From Tricharina praecox (Eukaryota), in NCBI RefSeq assembly GCF_024521635.1, contig NW_026250433.1:248001-312000 (forward strand): a DNA stretch of 64,000 nucleotides, read 5' to 3'. Shown here piece by piece: positions 1 to 13,000 of the stretch (the first letter of the stretch is position 1; each line of letters begins with the position of its first letter). Under the pieces are notes generated by a model, which saw only the letters and a program-made list of their open reading frames with translations, had not been told where the DNA came from and did no database searches. The position numbers were made by a program, and so were the translations under genes.

Positions 1-751
1 AACCAACATGAAGGGTCTGCGTGGTTTTAGGGACTAGAGAAATGCTGCAGGTGCCTTTGCAGCCTGTTGCAGTTGGGAGAGACCCGGTGATAGTGGTGGT
101 GACGGCTTTCTGGGAATGTTAGCGAGGATCATGCTGGAGAGTAGAGTAGGGGACTCACGGTTACCGTAGTAGTTGTTATGACCGGAGACGGGGTGAGGGT
201 GGATATAGACACGGAAGTGGACGTCCGTGTGGTGGTCACAGTGGATGTATCTATGTCCGTCGTAGTAGTAATGATTGTGGCCGTAGACGTCGCGGTCTTT
301 GTCGTAGTCGTCTTTGCCGTAGTCGTCTCCGTAGTCGTCTCCGTCGTGATCACTGGCGGCGGACACGGCGGCACAATCGTGACCGTTGTGGTGACTGTCT
401 TACTCACCGACACCGTCGTGGGCTTGGTTGTCGTAGTTGTTGAAGTGGTTGTTAAAAACTCAATCCATGTCGTAATCGCAGTCGTAGTAGTGGTCAATAT
501 CTCTGTCGCCGTCGTAGTCCCGGAGACAGTTGTAGTGATATCCGCTACCTCCCATCAGTTTTTCTCCCTAGTTATGAAGGAGTGGAAGTAAGTATCTCAC
601 CCTTCTCGGGGCACTTGCATCCAAGTAAGACGCAGAGAGGGTTACATATCAGCGCGGCCGATGGTCCTCCTGAGGCCGGGGGTGCGGCCGCAAGTGCCAC
701 AGTCGTCAATACTGACAAAAGGAATAGGAAGAAGATGGGGTACTTCTGCAT
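1..751 (-). CDS. Secreted Thr-rich (mucin/cell-wall-like) protein, 3' end outside the window
   Basis: ATG 751; signal-peptide-like MQKYPIFFLFLLSVLTTVALA; Cys motif CNPLCVLLGCKC; GTGAG..AG intron 600-545; Thr-rich exon 2; second GTGAGT..CAG intron near 157-111; exon 3 (KAVTTTITGSLPTATGCKGTC...) stays open to position 1. Confidence 0.75.
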
Positions 752-904
752 CGTTGAAAGATCGTATACTCCAATTATTGAGCTCACTTCTTACGGCTAC
801 GAGGAGTGCTTATGTATGTATGTAGATATCTTAACTCGACTGAGGTGCTTAGCAGTGTGATTATGGGTTCGACTCGTGCACATATTCGAGTCCGCATCCG
901 AGTA

Positions 905-981
905 CACTCAACCCCAACTCCCGAGCCAGTTCACTCAACCCCAACTCCCGAGCCAGTTCACTCAACCCCAACTCCCGAGCC
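905..981. repeat. 27-bp tandem repeat, about 2.8 copies (cactcaaccccaactcccgagccagtt)
   Basis: Directly visible perfect tandem units. Confidence 0.95.
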
Positions 982-1959
982 CAAAGTTGCCAGTCGTTCC
1001 AAGCGAATCTTTGACATGACGGGACCTTGCTTCCGTTGGCAAACTGTACATACCGGTACACCCGGTCTAGAGCAGTAGAACTGTGGTACCGGTACATCCG
1101 CTTTCCTGTGTCTTATCATCGGATCGGGGAATCTAGAACCCCATTAATGTACCTTTGTATAAACGTTTTTCTTGTCTTCTGGTGATGGCGGTGGCGGGCT
1201 ACTCTGCCTGGGAACCGATATCGATATTTATTGAAGGTTCGGGTGCATGTGATATCACTCGGCATAATTCCGAGTCAGGTGCAGTTGAAAGGCGCATTCC
1301 CGAGGCAACAGTCCGGCAGATGATTATCCAGATACAAGCACAGGTGACACGAGTGAAGCAGCTCATATCTCTGGGATAGCAATAATCCAATAGGTATGAC
1401 GGTATTGGACTCGGAAGATGGTTGTGAGTCCCCGCGAGTGCGCATGCAAAGATGAATTTGTGCTTCCAACTGCCCAATTCATGGCCACCATAGATTCTGG
1501 CCATTCTTGGGCCGGTAGGTTACTGCCATCCTCCAGGACCAGATACATGCGTGCACCGATGTGTATAAGGCTCGATGGTGAGAATTTTATGAGTACATAA
1601 CCATTGTTATGAGGATCGGACCAGGCACTTTTCTTGCCCTACTCTACTGGACCCGATTGGAGATGTCCTGATGATAGACCAAACGTCTGAAATGGGCTGG
1701 AAGCCAGGGAGTCTTGTGGATCGTGAAAGGGTTCCAAAAATATCCACCGACATGCACGTGGTTTTGACGGATTCCGGAACTTGGAACCTCACTGCAAAGT
1801 CGAATGCTACCATCAACAGTAGTTTCATCTTGTCCCAGCAGTCTCGATAACGCCCGTCTTCCACTTCTCTCCGAAGTTTCCCATGGCCCTTTAAATTTAA
1901 CAGAGATTGACTCTAGCTATGTTACAATACACATTCCGGAATCTGTATCCTTTCTAAGC

Positions 1960-3458
1960 CTATGGCTTCGGTGCCTGCCTCATCCGCTGCTTCCTTTCCC
2001 GCTCCAGCTGCGCCAACTTCTTCTGCTCTGCCAACCGCTTCTTTCTTCGGGTCTCGTATTCCTTATGTGTGGCTTCCTTCTGCTTCTCGCTGGCCTATGA
2101 ACTAGTTAGTTGCTTCCGCCCGTCAATGGTAAGGGTGTTTCCATACCGTTTCCTTCAACTTCAACACATTCCACCCCTTCTCACCAGTGCCGCCGGTGAA
2201 TTTATCCAACCAACTTCCGGGCCCACCAATCTGCTTCGGCGTAGCATCGATAACTTGGCTCTCCTCTACAGCGGGACGGACGATATTAAGGGCACTGTAT
2301 CTGGTCGGAGTTTTTGACGCCAACGGATTGGCGGTACCCTCCAGGGCCATAGGATAGAGTCCTAGCTTCTCGCGCACAGTCTCGTTCTTGAGGATGAAGG
2401 TCTGCGCCACTCCAATGGCGGAATTGCACATAATGTAGAAGCCCAAGGCTGCTGGCCACGAGTAGGTGAAAGCAAAGGACACCAGGGGAAGACCGAAGGC
2501 CAGGACGTTCTTCATCGACTTGGCCATGGTGGTGCTTCCGGCCTCTCCACCCTTGTAGATCTGAAAACCGATCAACAGTGATGCAGTCGTGGGAATGATA
2601 AGTGTCGGATCCGCCACCGACAAATCCGAAAACCAAGCTATTCCACCGTCCAGCAGCGCCGGAACTGGAACTTCGGCCATCGACCGGAGAATCTTGTAGA
2701 ATCCGTAGAACACCGGGATCTGCGTGAACGGGAAGATGAGCCACCAGCGGTTTATGCCAGAGACCTGGTACATCTGTGACATCTCGCTGCGGTACTTCAT
2801 CATTTCCGGCATGTCGTTGCGGGCCTGCGCGGCCTTCATCTTCTCCATTACGGGGGTGACGACGGGCTGGATTTCTTTCATGCGCGCGGCAGTGGAGGAC
2901 ATTTGGCAGTAGCCAGGGAATTGCGCGAGACGGACGAGGACGACGGTCGTTAGAATCGTGCCCCACCAAGGAAGCCCGGAGTAAACGTGCACCCCTTCGA
3001 AGAGGGTCTGGATTATGTTCGTGGTGCCCCAGCCGGAGTCAATTCCGAGGGACCTCAGGTAGCCCATCGTCTCTGGCGCGTGCTGGATGACCGTCGAGGT
3101 ATCAAAGTTGTCCAGGTTTGCGAGGAAGGGTGCGGCATCGGTGGTGGTGGGGGAGGATAGCGGGGCAGCAGCGGCGGCAGCGGAGGTTGTGGTGGAATTG
3201 AACCGGACGGTAGTCAAAGAGATTGGCCGCACAGCGTTGGATTGTCGTACTCGAGTCAACGCAGCTGCTGGTCGGAACTGAAGATTGCGTAGAGTATCAG
3301 CACCACGTTTCCTGACGAGTTCTGGGTGCGGTGCTGTCTGTTTGCCGAGGACTGACCTGAGGTGAAATGTGCAGTGATCTGGTCTGAATGCCAGCTGTTG
3401 AGCGTACACAGACTGCATTCTGGAGAGTCCCCAGGCGCATAACCCGTGAAGCCAGCAT
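1960..3458 (-). CDS. OXA1: Mitochondrial inner-membrane insertase Oxa1 (YidC/Oxa1 family)
   Basis: GLPWWGTI, QIPVFYGFY and WFSDLSVADP motifs; Arg-rich presequence from ATG 3458 (MLASRVMRLG); introns near 3356-3278 and 2145-2096; basic C-terminal tail ending at TAG 1960. Confidence 0.93.
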
Positions 3459-3824
3459 CGTGTAGATTTTTGTGGTTGATCCGATTTTGTCGTTCCGCTC
3501 ATCCACTGCTCACTTTAAGGTGCTCGTCGGGAGATTCCGTTCAAGTTTCTTTACAGTCACGTGAATCATTAACGAATGGCGTCTTGGCAAGTTAATTATG
3601 CTCCCTTGGTGTTGGTGCGTTTTGGTTCTTCCCCTTCTTGGTAGCTTTCGATGTCATCTGAGTAAAGCCGGAAGTGAAGACAAACACGCAAACATCAAAC
3701 ACAACCACAACCTTACGAACCAACTTCCATCAACCCTCGTCCTCACCCTTCATCCCTCCCTCGCCCCGCCACCCCACGCCCCGAGTTATTTCTCCCCACC
3801 CTCAGTAAACTGCTCAAAACAACC

Positions 3825-5379
3825 ATGGCCGACAACGAGGAGCTCATCGTGAGCTTCTGCGCCATCACTGGAGCTGATCCAGATATGGTTTGTCAGCCAC
3901 GTCCCTTACCCGCGTTCGACCTGTGATTGAGAACGTATTCCTGAGGATTCTCTCTTTTTCTGACACGCATCCCCCCACAGGCCCGTCACTTTCTCGAAGC
4001 CTCAAACTGGAACCTGCAGGTGAGTGAGCTGAGAACGAATCAACCCCACCTTGCCCCGCAGCACGAAGCTCGGAAAACGAAAGATTGACACGTTACGAAT
4101 CTAGATCGCGACTTCGAACTACTACGAGCCCAATGAAGCTGGACAGGACGCGATGGAAGAAGACGACGAAGATGAGGAGCTTCACCGCTCGCATGCTGCT
4201 GCGTCAGCACCTTCGTCCTCATCGGCTGCGTCGAGACCGAAGCCTAAACAGAGCTCTGGGTATGCGACAGCCGTGCGACGGATACTATTTCGAGCTATGG
4301 TGCTAATTAGTACGTGGGTTAGCTCCGGTGCAAAGATTCGGACCCTCGGAGATTTGAGTGCCCGCGATGATGACGAGGATGAGGAAGATGAAGGACCCAA
4401 GAAGCGCGATTTGTTCGCTGGTGGAGAAAAATCGTGAGTGGATGTGCGGTGTGAACGGAGGAAGGGACATTCATGCTGATGGCTCTGCAGCGGCCTTGCG
4501 GTTCAGGATCCCAGCAACCAGGGCGGCGGAAGAGCCGGTGTCGATTTGATTCAAGATATCCTAAAGCGTGCTGCGGAGTATGTTCACCTTTCCGCTACTA
4601 CCTCCGTCGAATCACGATACTGATAACCCAGCAGAGGTGGACAGCGTCGTAGACAGGAGGAAGAAGAACCCGGTCCACGCCCCCGATTCTCTGGCTCCGG
4701 CCACACCCTCGGAAGTGATGCCAACGAATCCGTTACCATCCCCGATCCCGTCGCTGCTATGCCGGCTCCTCGTGCGCCTGTCACTCGCACCCTTACCTTC
4801 TGGCGCGACGGATTCAGTGTTGAGGACGGACCCTTGATGCGCTACGACGACCCCGCAAACCGCGAGATCCTGCAGGCTATCGAGAGCGGCCGCGCCCCTC
4901 TGAGCTTGATGAATGTTGAGCCTGGCCAGCCCGCTGATGTCAACGTCTTCAAGCGCTTGGATGAGGATTATGTCGCGCCGAAGAAGAAGTTTGTGCCGTT
5001 TAGCGGTCAGGGACAGAGATTGGGCTCCGTGACTCCCGGTGAGCCATCTCGTGCTGCTGCTCCTGCTCCTGCTCCAGTTGCCGCTCCGGCCGCTGCCGCC
5101 GCCCAGCCAACCGCTCCCAGCGTCAATGTCGATGCGTCTACTCCCAGCACGAGCATTCAGATTAGGCTTGCCGATGGAACGAGGTTGGTCTCGAGGTTCA
5201 ACCACCACCACACTGTTGGAGACCTGTATTCGTTCGTCAACGCGTCGAATGCTGGCAGTCGGAGTAGGGACTACATCCTGCAGACCACGTTTCCCAACAA
5301 GGAGCTCAAGGACCACGGTCAGAGCGTCAAGGATGCTGGTCTGATCAACGCAGTTGTTGTTCAGAAGTGGGCTTCTTAA
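3825..5379 (+). CDS. SHP1: Cdc48/p97 adaptor Shp1/p47 (UBA-SEP-UBX)
   Basis: FAGGEKSG, SEP domain TFWRDGFSV, SHP box FSGQGQRLG, UBX domain IQIRLADG..TTFPNKEL; 6 exons with GT-AG introns. Confidence 0.95.
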
Positions 5380-5665
5380 GTTCTGGAATGTACTGGGGCG
5401 CATATTACGGGGAATGGGAATGGGCGCAACCGGAAATAAAGGCTTGCTTTTAGTTGTGATCGCATTTCATCCACATCTGTTTGCTTCTATTGTAATCGGA
5501 GATATCTGAATGTGAAGCACCGGTGTCATGACATTGATTCCGAGTGACAGTAGCCCAGGCCAAATAAAACTTTCATTCCCATCAAATCCCCATATCCAAT
5601 CCAAAGCAAATAAGAAGAGAACTCCGTGCTCCCTATAAAATACAGTCCATATGCAGGTCTCGTCT

Positions 5666-6471
5666 CTATCTGAACAGCCTGCCCACCCCACCACCGACCG
5701 AATCACCGACCCCAACACCGCCGCCGGTAGCAGCCGGCTGTCCACCGCCCACCGCCCCACGAAACCCAACCGCCCCCTGTCGCTCAACCTTATACCTCCT
5801 CCATGCCTCTCTCAGATGATCCGGCAGCAATGGGCCCTCATCCCCCCAAGTCTTTTGAATCTGCAACGCCAACTCAATAATCTCTCCGGTAAAGACCTTT
5901 GAGAAACCGCAAATCACAGTCCCCACATTCGCCGTAACACTCTGCGTGAGCACACTATTTGCCAGCTTCTTCACCGCCGCCTTGTTCAGGTTCGCGCGTC
6001 GGAACGATTCGTACCGTGCGTTCTGGCTCGCGTCGAATGCCTCGAGCAGGATTCTACTCTCGTCAGTTTAGTGGGGCAGAGGGGAAGGAAAGGGAAAACA
6101 AACGCCATCTTCTTCTTCTCTTCGTCGTCCTCGACGAAGCCTCCCGTGCCTCCATCTGCTAGGACGGTCTCGGTACCGTAATCATCCCGTCCCTCGTCCT
6201 CGTCTTCGTCGTCCTTTCCTCCTGCAGTACCGTGGATAACACTCTCGGCCTTCTCCGCGCCCCGGTCCACTACGCGCTCAGGCGGAAACGACGTCTGCCG
6301 GAGTGGATGCTGTGGAATAGAGATCGAGTTCTTGCGGGATGGCTGCGGCGCCTGTGGCGACGGTAGAGCCGAGTGCGTCTTCGGCTTCTTTTGCGATTGC
6401 GGCGTGTAAGAGATTCGGCGCTTGTGGCTGGCTGAGGAGGGGACGTAGCCCGGCGGTGGTGGGGACGACAT
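5666..6471 (-). CDS. TAF11: TFIID subunit 11 (histone fold)
   Basis: [33 protein letters not shown]11 motif; [10 protein letters not shown]; one intron near 6102-6054. Confidence 0.93.
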
Positions 6472-7251
6472 GATTGTTGTGGGGGTGCTAGTTGAGGTTG
6501 TGGAAGAGCTATAGATACGTGTTACGCGAGAAGTAGGAGTAAGCTAATTAGCGGCTGGGCGGCACGTGATGGCGTGATTTGTCGAGTGAGAGTGTGATTA
6601 GGGTTTGTGGTCTGCTTCAGTTGTTACTCGCTAGACAAAAAGGTTGTCAGTTAGCTCTCAGTCAGGCTGACACAATAGCACCTCAAACCGTATATGAATC
6701 ACGCATCAGCTCTCGGTGAGGCTAATCCAGCCAAAGCACTTCAAGCTGTCTGAATCACGCCTCAGCAAGTGAATTGGTACTGCGAGTGACACCCTTAAAC
6801 GGGATAAAGGTCTCGCCATTTGCGTTTTGTGGATTCCATTCAGTTTCGCAGCGGTCTCTAGCACAAGTCGTTGATTTGTATGTAACATTAAAAGATGATC
6901 CGTGGCTAAGTGAAAGTAACTGCCATATAACTAGGACTCATTCCGGCCAGAGCGGGAAAACATGACTATCAGACAGAAAATAAACTCCAGTACAAACCCA
7001 AAACAGTAATAAAAGGATCAAAATTTTGCCCAAAAACAAATCCAATGAAAGAAATTAACAACATATGAACATGTTTTTTGTACATACCCCAATCTATAAG
7101 CGGAAGTGACGGCCAATCGCATGCAAAAATCGCTTTGTCGAAAATAACGCAACAGGGTCGAAATATCTACAATTTGTTGCATCAAAACTCATCGCTGTTC
7201 TTTCACATGGTCACCCTGCTCATCGTAAGCCAAACGAACACAACACAACTT

Positions 7252-9191
7252 TTAGTTTGCACGCTCCGACATCCTCACATCCAATCTCGCCAGTGATCCT
7301 AGCGTGGTATCCGGTGGCAGACTCGCCGACAGAAGATCCATATCGGCCTCGATGACCGACCGCACAAGTCCATACTCATCGAATGTCTCGTCTGCAGTAC
7401 CGATCATCTGTGTGTTCGCGTCCATGCCGGGGATGTGGGATTCGACGTTGGAGTCGTGGCCTGCTGCGTGCTCCTCGTCCATCAAAGAGACAAGATCGTC
7501 AAGGTCCTCCGCATGGCGGTCGAGATCGTCCTGCCGCATCGAGATAGCCTGGATGGCGCCGATAAGGCAGACAATGGCGTTTACCCACCAGGCGAGGCCG
7601 ACGCAGTCAATGTTGAGACCGTAGCTGTACACAATTCCTGTGACGGTTGGGGAGAAAGCGCGGGCAAGACTTGCGCAGCTGCTTGCGATGCCATTGATGG
7701 CGCCGAGGACCAGGAGAGAAGGTGCAGAGTTGGTGATCAGGATTGCGTTGCACGGGTAGGCGAGGACTCCGTACATGATCTTGACGGCGAGGACGGCGTA
7801 CACGCCGGCGGTCTGCATATTGCCCTCCGGCAGCCAGACGAGGTAGGGCACGACGATATAGCAGATGGCGTAGGTGAACATGCAGAAGCGGTAGACGCTG
7901 AGGACACCGAAGGTTCTGGCTACCGGAGGGAAGACGACGAACTGCGCGCACATCGAGAAGAGACCTTGCATCGAGAGGATGAAGCCGATGTTTTGCGTGG
8001 TCATTCCCAGTCCTCCGGTGAAGAAGAAGAGATTGTGCGGCTTCTCGTCTGGGACTGGGGTGGAGAGGAAGACGGGCATCAACTGCTCGAAGCCCATGGT
8101 ATGGTAAGCGAGGATTCCGTAGGAGAGGACCAATCCGATCACTGGGCGAGTGAAAGCTCTGGAAACCGAGGGGATCCTTTTGGGCTTTGCGTTGATGCTA
8201 TCCTCAACGCTTTCCTCGCTGCTGCCGCTACCAGTTCCATTATAGTTTGCGGCGCTGTCAACCAGCAGTGGGCTGGATTCGCTCTCGTCTGCCTTCCGCC
8301 ATTTGAACAGGTTCACGAGCTTGTCTCCGAGCTCCCGTCCGTAATCCCGCTTGTTTCGCAGCACATCGTGGGTTTCGTCCAGGAAGAGGATTCCATTGGC
8401 GATTCCAAAAACCAACACAATCGAGGAAACCATATTCGGGAGGAGATACGGGTATTCCTCCAACAATCCACCGGGAGGGAAGACGCCAGGGTAGAATTTG
8501 GTCGGCTGGGCCAGGAGCCCACCGAGAGCCGGGCCGACAATCGAACCAAGACACCAGATGAAAGGCATGATTGCAAATGCCCGCGCTACAGGTTTCATTA
8601 GTTAGGTTCACGCCATTGGATAACGTTTCGAACTTACGCTGATGTTCCTTCTCCCTCACAAGCTCGGCCACCGCCGTCTGGATGACACCGATATTTCCAT
8701 TCAATCCACCACCTAGGGCCCTGGCGATCAGAGCAACCGACAAGCTCTTGGCAAACCCGAAGATCAACATGCTAATGAGCGTTCCAACCAGACCAATAAT
8801 TAGTACCGGCTTCCGTCCAATCCGGTCCGAAATCCGACCCCACAACATTCCGGTCGAAAACTCCGCGATTGCAAATGCGGACGTCACCATCCCCGCATAG
8901 ATTCCAATTTCGTTCTCGTTTTTCTGCACGGGATGTCAGCCATGCTTCCTCCGGTCAACGCGTGCCACGGATTCCGGGCCGTCCATACCGCAATGCCGAA
9001 GCCTTCGATCATCTGGTAGATGTAAGGGAAGATGGACGTGAACGAAATGGGTTCGCAGATTCGACATAATGCTGCGATCGAAGTTAGTGGCACGTTACCC
9101 ACGCGAATTCCGGGGATGGGTATTCACCAAGAATTATCAGCTGCTGGACGGGAAAGCCCGTGTGGAGAGGCCGCGGCGTGTTGGGCGACAT
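7252..9191 (-). CDS. MFS transporter (12-TM, yeast YCR023C/plant ZIFL-like)
   Basis: CRICEPISFTSIFPY; MFS motif A (WGRISDRIGRKP); GPALGG; 3 introns. Confidence 0.9.
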
Positions 9192-9992
9192 GTTGATTTC
9201 GTATGGGTATTTTGATCGCAAATCGAAGCCCAGGTCAATATTTCTGGTCACTGGGAACCCAAAGGAAGGATTGAGGGGTCGGTGGATGGACACAACTCCA
9301 GACCATACGGGGGGATACAGATGTATATATAAAGAAGGGTACAGCTCTAACAAGCTGTCGCCACCCCCAGCAAGCTAAAGCACCATACAGCACCTCAATC
9401 CCTACATACGGTGGGAACTCGGGACGTCCAAAGTGATCTAGGGTGGCCAACCGATTCTTTGGTACTTTTCCTCTTCCATCAGCTCCGTTACGGGTCCAGT
9501 GCGGACCAGTGATAGTGGGGCGGGACGCTGGATGCGTAATGTGATCTTCAGGGCTGCGGCAAAGAGAAAAAAAAGCTGACACTTGCATAGGTAAGTTCAT
9601 AGCTGCTGCAGAACACGGAGATCCCCACCCAAAGATCGGCCTCCGTCCTCCCGTTGTGAGTGGCGGCGGGGCACGGATGGAAGAGAATAGGGCTTGCAAT
9701 TGCTCTTTGCGGCTGCTGCTTCGCGGCGTGATATCACCGGCCAGGCCAATCAATAAAATCCTGCGGCGGAAATGCAGATAAGGTGCATGGACTATTTTCC
9801 GCTGTACGCAGGGCCGAATTCCAGTCGCGAGACCAATCAACCAGCCTTCACACCCGATTTCGATTTAACTTTTTACTCGAGAATTTCTTTCCGCAGTGTT
9901 TTTTTCTTCTCTTTTTTTCTATGCCCGATCTCCTTGGGAATTTCGCACCTCAAGGAATTTCCTTCGACTTTAGGACCATAACAAGCTCCGTG

Positions 9993-10041
9993 TGCCATTT
10001 GCCATTTGCCATTTACTATTTGCTACTTGCTATTTGCCTTT
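9993..10041. repeat. Degenerate 7-bp tandem repeat (TGCCATT) x7
   Basis: tgccatt x3, then tactatt, tgctact, tgctatt, tgccttt. Confidence 0.9.
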
Positions 10042-13000
10042 TATCCGGATCGTCGGCCCGCTCACCGACTAAAGCAAGGGTTCTCTCGAGTTAGCGGATG
10101 GGTGAGCCGCATCCCGGACATCCTGGCTTCGCATCTCGGCTAGCCCCACCTTTTGGTGCATGACCAGGCAGAGCCTGTGGAGAGAACGTCAACTCGCACA
10201 CTTCACCTACATATTTGGGTACTTATGTACTGGTACGATGTATCCACAACTTGCGGCTTCTATTACGGGTACATCTACAAGGGCTCCGACAGCGGCTTCG
10301 CAGTGCCAGAACCAGCATTCGTCTTCACATCAAGGATCCGGCCGGGCGAATCATTTTCCGGGTACCGTGGCAGGATTGCCGCTGGAGCTGTTGGCGATAT
10401 CGATAGTGAGACCGCCGGGGATTCCTCAGTTCGCGCCAGGAAGTCAAAAACAACGGTGTGCGGCAACCACGGATCTTTCGATCGTGTACGTGGATCTACA
10501 TACAGCATTTATAGGACAGATGTTTCCTTCTACCTAGTCTAGGTAGTGGGGGGTTCTGTAAGGCCCTCTCGATCTGGTGGGAGCTGGATACCCGAGTTCG
10601 AGTTCGAGGCCAACTGTTGCTTCTTTATGTCCAAAAGTTCATGGTATGTACACACTGGAAGGACGAGCACCTGTGCCGCCGGAGACGAAGTACTGTGCTG
10701 TCATGATCTGTTGCTGCTTTCCCTTCATACCATATGGAGTAACTACTCTACTAGGTGTTACTCGCTCTTAGAAACTTTCCATGCCTCGAATCCTTAAACA
10801 GCAACCTATTCCTTTCGATCCACAACCATCTTACGTACTCACTAAATCCGGCCATGTGCTATGTATGTGCCTCATTTCAAGATGGGAACTTACGGTAAGG
10901 TCCTCGCTCGCCGTTACGAATTCGTTATAGGAAGTATGTACTTACCTAGCGCCTGACGACGAGCAGCGACTCGCGAGTGCATAGCGGTCTGAAGCCGAAT
11001 CCGACTAACTCTCTCATGGCCCACCGGTTGACGCTTGAATCTACCTAACTTCATATGGGGTTCTATCAGCACAAGCCAGCATGCCCTGACAGGCGGGGGG
11101 AGGCTTGTCGTGTGGGTCCCCACTCCGCCAGTCGAACCCGGAACGCTTCATGAGACATCATTCTCCACCGGGCCCTGTACACCTTATTTCCCCACCGACA
11201 ACCCAGTTGCAACCTGTGTCGTACATACCACCTAGCTCAGCCCAATATTCGGGAGCTCTCGTCTCGGGACGACGTTCCGGGCTATGCTATCCCGTGTGCA
11301 ACAATACATCCGTCTCTGCCAAGTGATGTTACCCCACGCATCGATGGGAGCACAGTGACTTTCCTTCCGCATACGTATCGTTAGCTGTCGAGCGTTACCT
11401 GCTCGAAGGATACGGATGGGACGCACACTATTAACCCCGGATTCTAGGCAGTGTGGGTATCGTTATCCAGGTTTATCATGGGTGTTTTACTCATACCATG
11501 TGGCATGGGCCCTGTTGCAGCGCATTGAGATGACCCCCGTGGCATGGGCGGATACGAGGGGCTGATATCAGGAGCTTGATTGCGCGAGAGCTCGTACATA
11601 CTGGTGGGACCCCCTCACAAGAATGAAGCCTGGTGAGGACCGCTGCGAACTTTAAATATTCAGACAGCTCCACCAACCGTCATTACCACCATTGACTTCT
11701 ACACCTCCTGCTCAGGCCACCCTCTGTAGTGCACGGCATCTTTCTCGCTCGGAAACCTCCACGAGAGATTACCTACCAATTCTGCGGGTTTTGACGCTGT
11801 GTCGCCGGTGGATCGGAACCGTAGATGCATAGTTAACGTTCTATAGGGTGCTACATGCTCAAAATCCTCGTTTGCACCGCATGGCATGTGTTTCACTTCC
11901 GGTTATCGGGAGAGTATAACTCCGAAGGTGAACTGGTCTTCTCTGCGTCCGTTGGAGAGAATATTTCCATTTCCTCCATACATATACATGCGTTATCCGT
12001 TCCGTCATCTCCACGACGTACATACCGGCCACAGGATCCTTTTCTACGCTTAGTTATACTGGACAAGCCACCCACCATATCGGAGCCGGATGCGAGTCCT
12101 CTCTGTTGTGCTATTGATCAGTTTTTTCTAGCAATAGCGGCAGAGTGCATGCATCTGGACTTGTATCGGCTCTACTTGAACGGCATTTCATGGCGCTCCC
12201 GATACCGATATCATAGGATGCTAATGTCCTACTACACTTCTTGATGCCCTACCTATCTACTGTACCATCGATTCCGACGGCTTCCGTTCACCAGTGCCAC
12301 GCAGACTGATTGCTCGTATCTCCCCACGATTTGGCGATCACGCGCGAGAGTCCGGCGTAGATGAGTATAGAATACCTATGCCTGGTGGTAATGGCTACGC
12401 TTATATCCCGGAGCTATTCACCGACGGGCAAGGTGCCCCGAAGATGATGGCACTCACATCCAGAGTTCCGTGGCTGCGACTAAACTAGCTATTAAAAAAC
12501 TCATTCATGAGCTGGGGCCAGTGGAGCGCCCGGTTGACCTGCTGAAGACGTCTGTCTCCGAGATCGCCCTATCGCCCGGCGGAAGACATTCGCTACAATC
12601 CTGTCAACCCATAGGCGGATCAGAAGATCTGGAGTATAGAGCGGACTTTGATAGGCAATCCTCGTAATCTATCTATAGGAAATGTAGGGTCGATGTTAAG
12701 GCGATGTACCTGTAGTGGATTGCCTCCCTGCATCACTTCTGATTTTCCCTTGGGTCTTGCTTCGGTCTGGAGGAGGAGTTGGGATGATTAGGATGATACG
12801 CATTCGGGGGGACAGAGACGGCGACAGCAAGCCGTCTTGGAGGGCCACCGTCGTTTCGTTTCGATCAGCCTCGTCGAGCACCTATAAAGGAACTGCGGAC
12901 AAGGCGGGTATGTTCCACAGTCGTGGAGTGGAAGTGCCAATGAAACAACTGACAGGTCGTAGGACTTTAAAACCTTGCCGCGAAACGCCGCTTCAATGCA

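Noticed and set aside
178..591. Val-rich 137-aa hydrophobic ORF
   Set aside because: Reverse complement of the Thr codons of the secreted protein.
905..981. Possible CRISPR-like repeat
   Set aside because: Head-to-tail repeats with no spacers, in a eukaryotic context.
3459..3502. ORF-track OXA1 start at 3502
   Set aside because: It reads through an intron; ATG 3458 plus intron 3356-3278 gives a better mitochondrial presequence.
7435..8601. 388-aa plus-strand ORF
   Set aside because: Antisense shadow of the MFS gene, explained by codon bias; no motifs. The same applies to 4612-5403, 26492-27283, 30969-31892 and 33873-34685.
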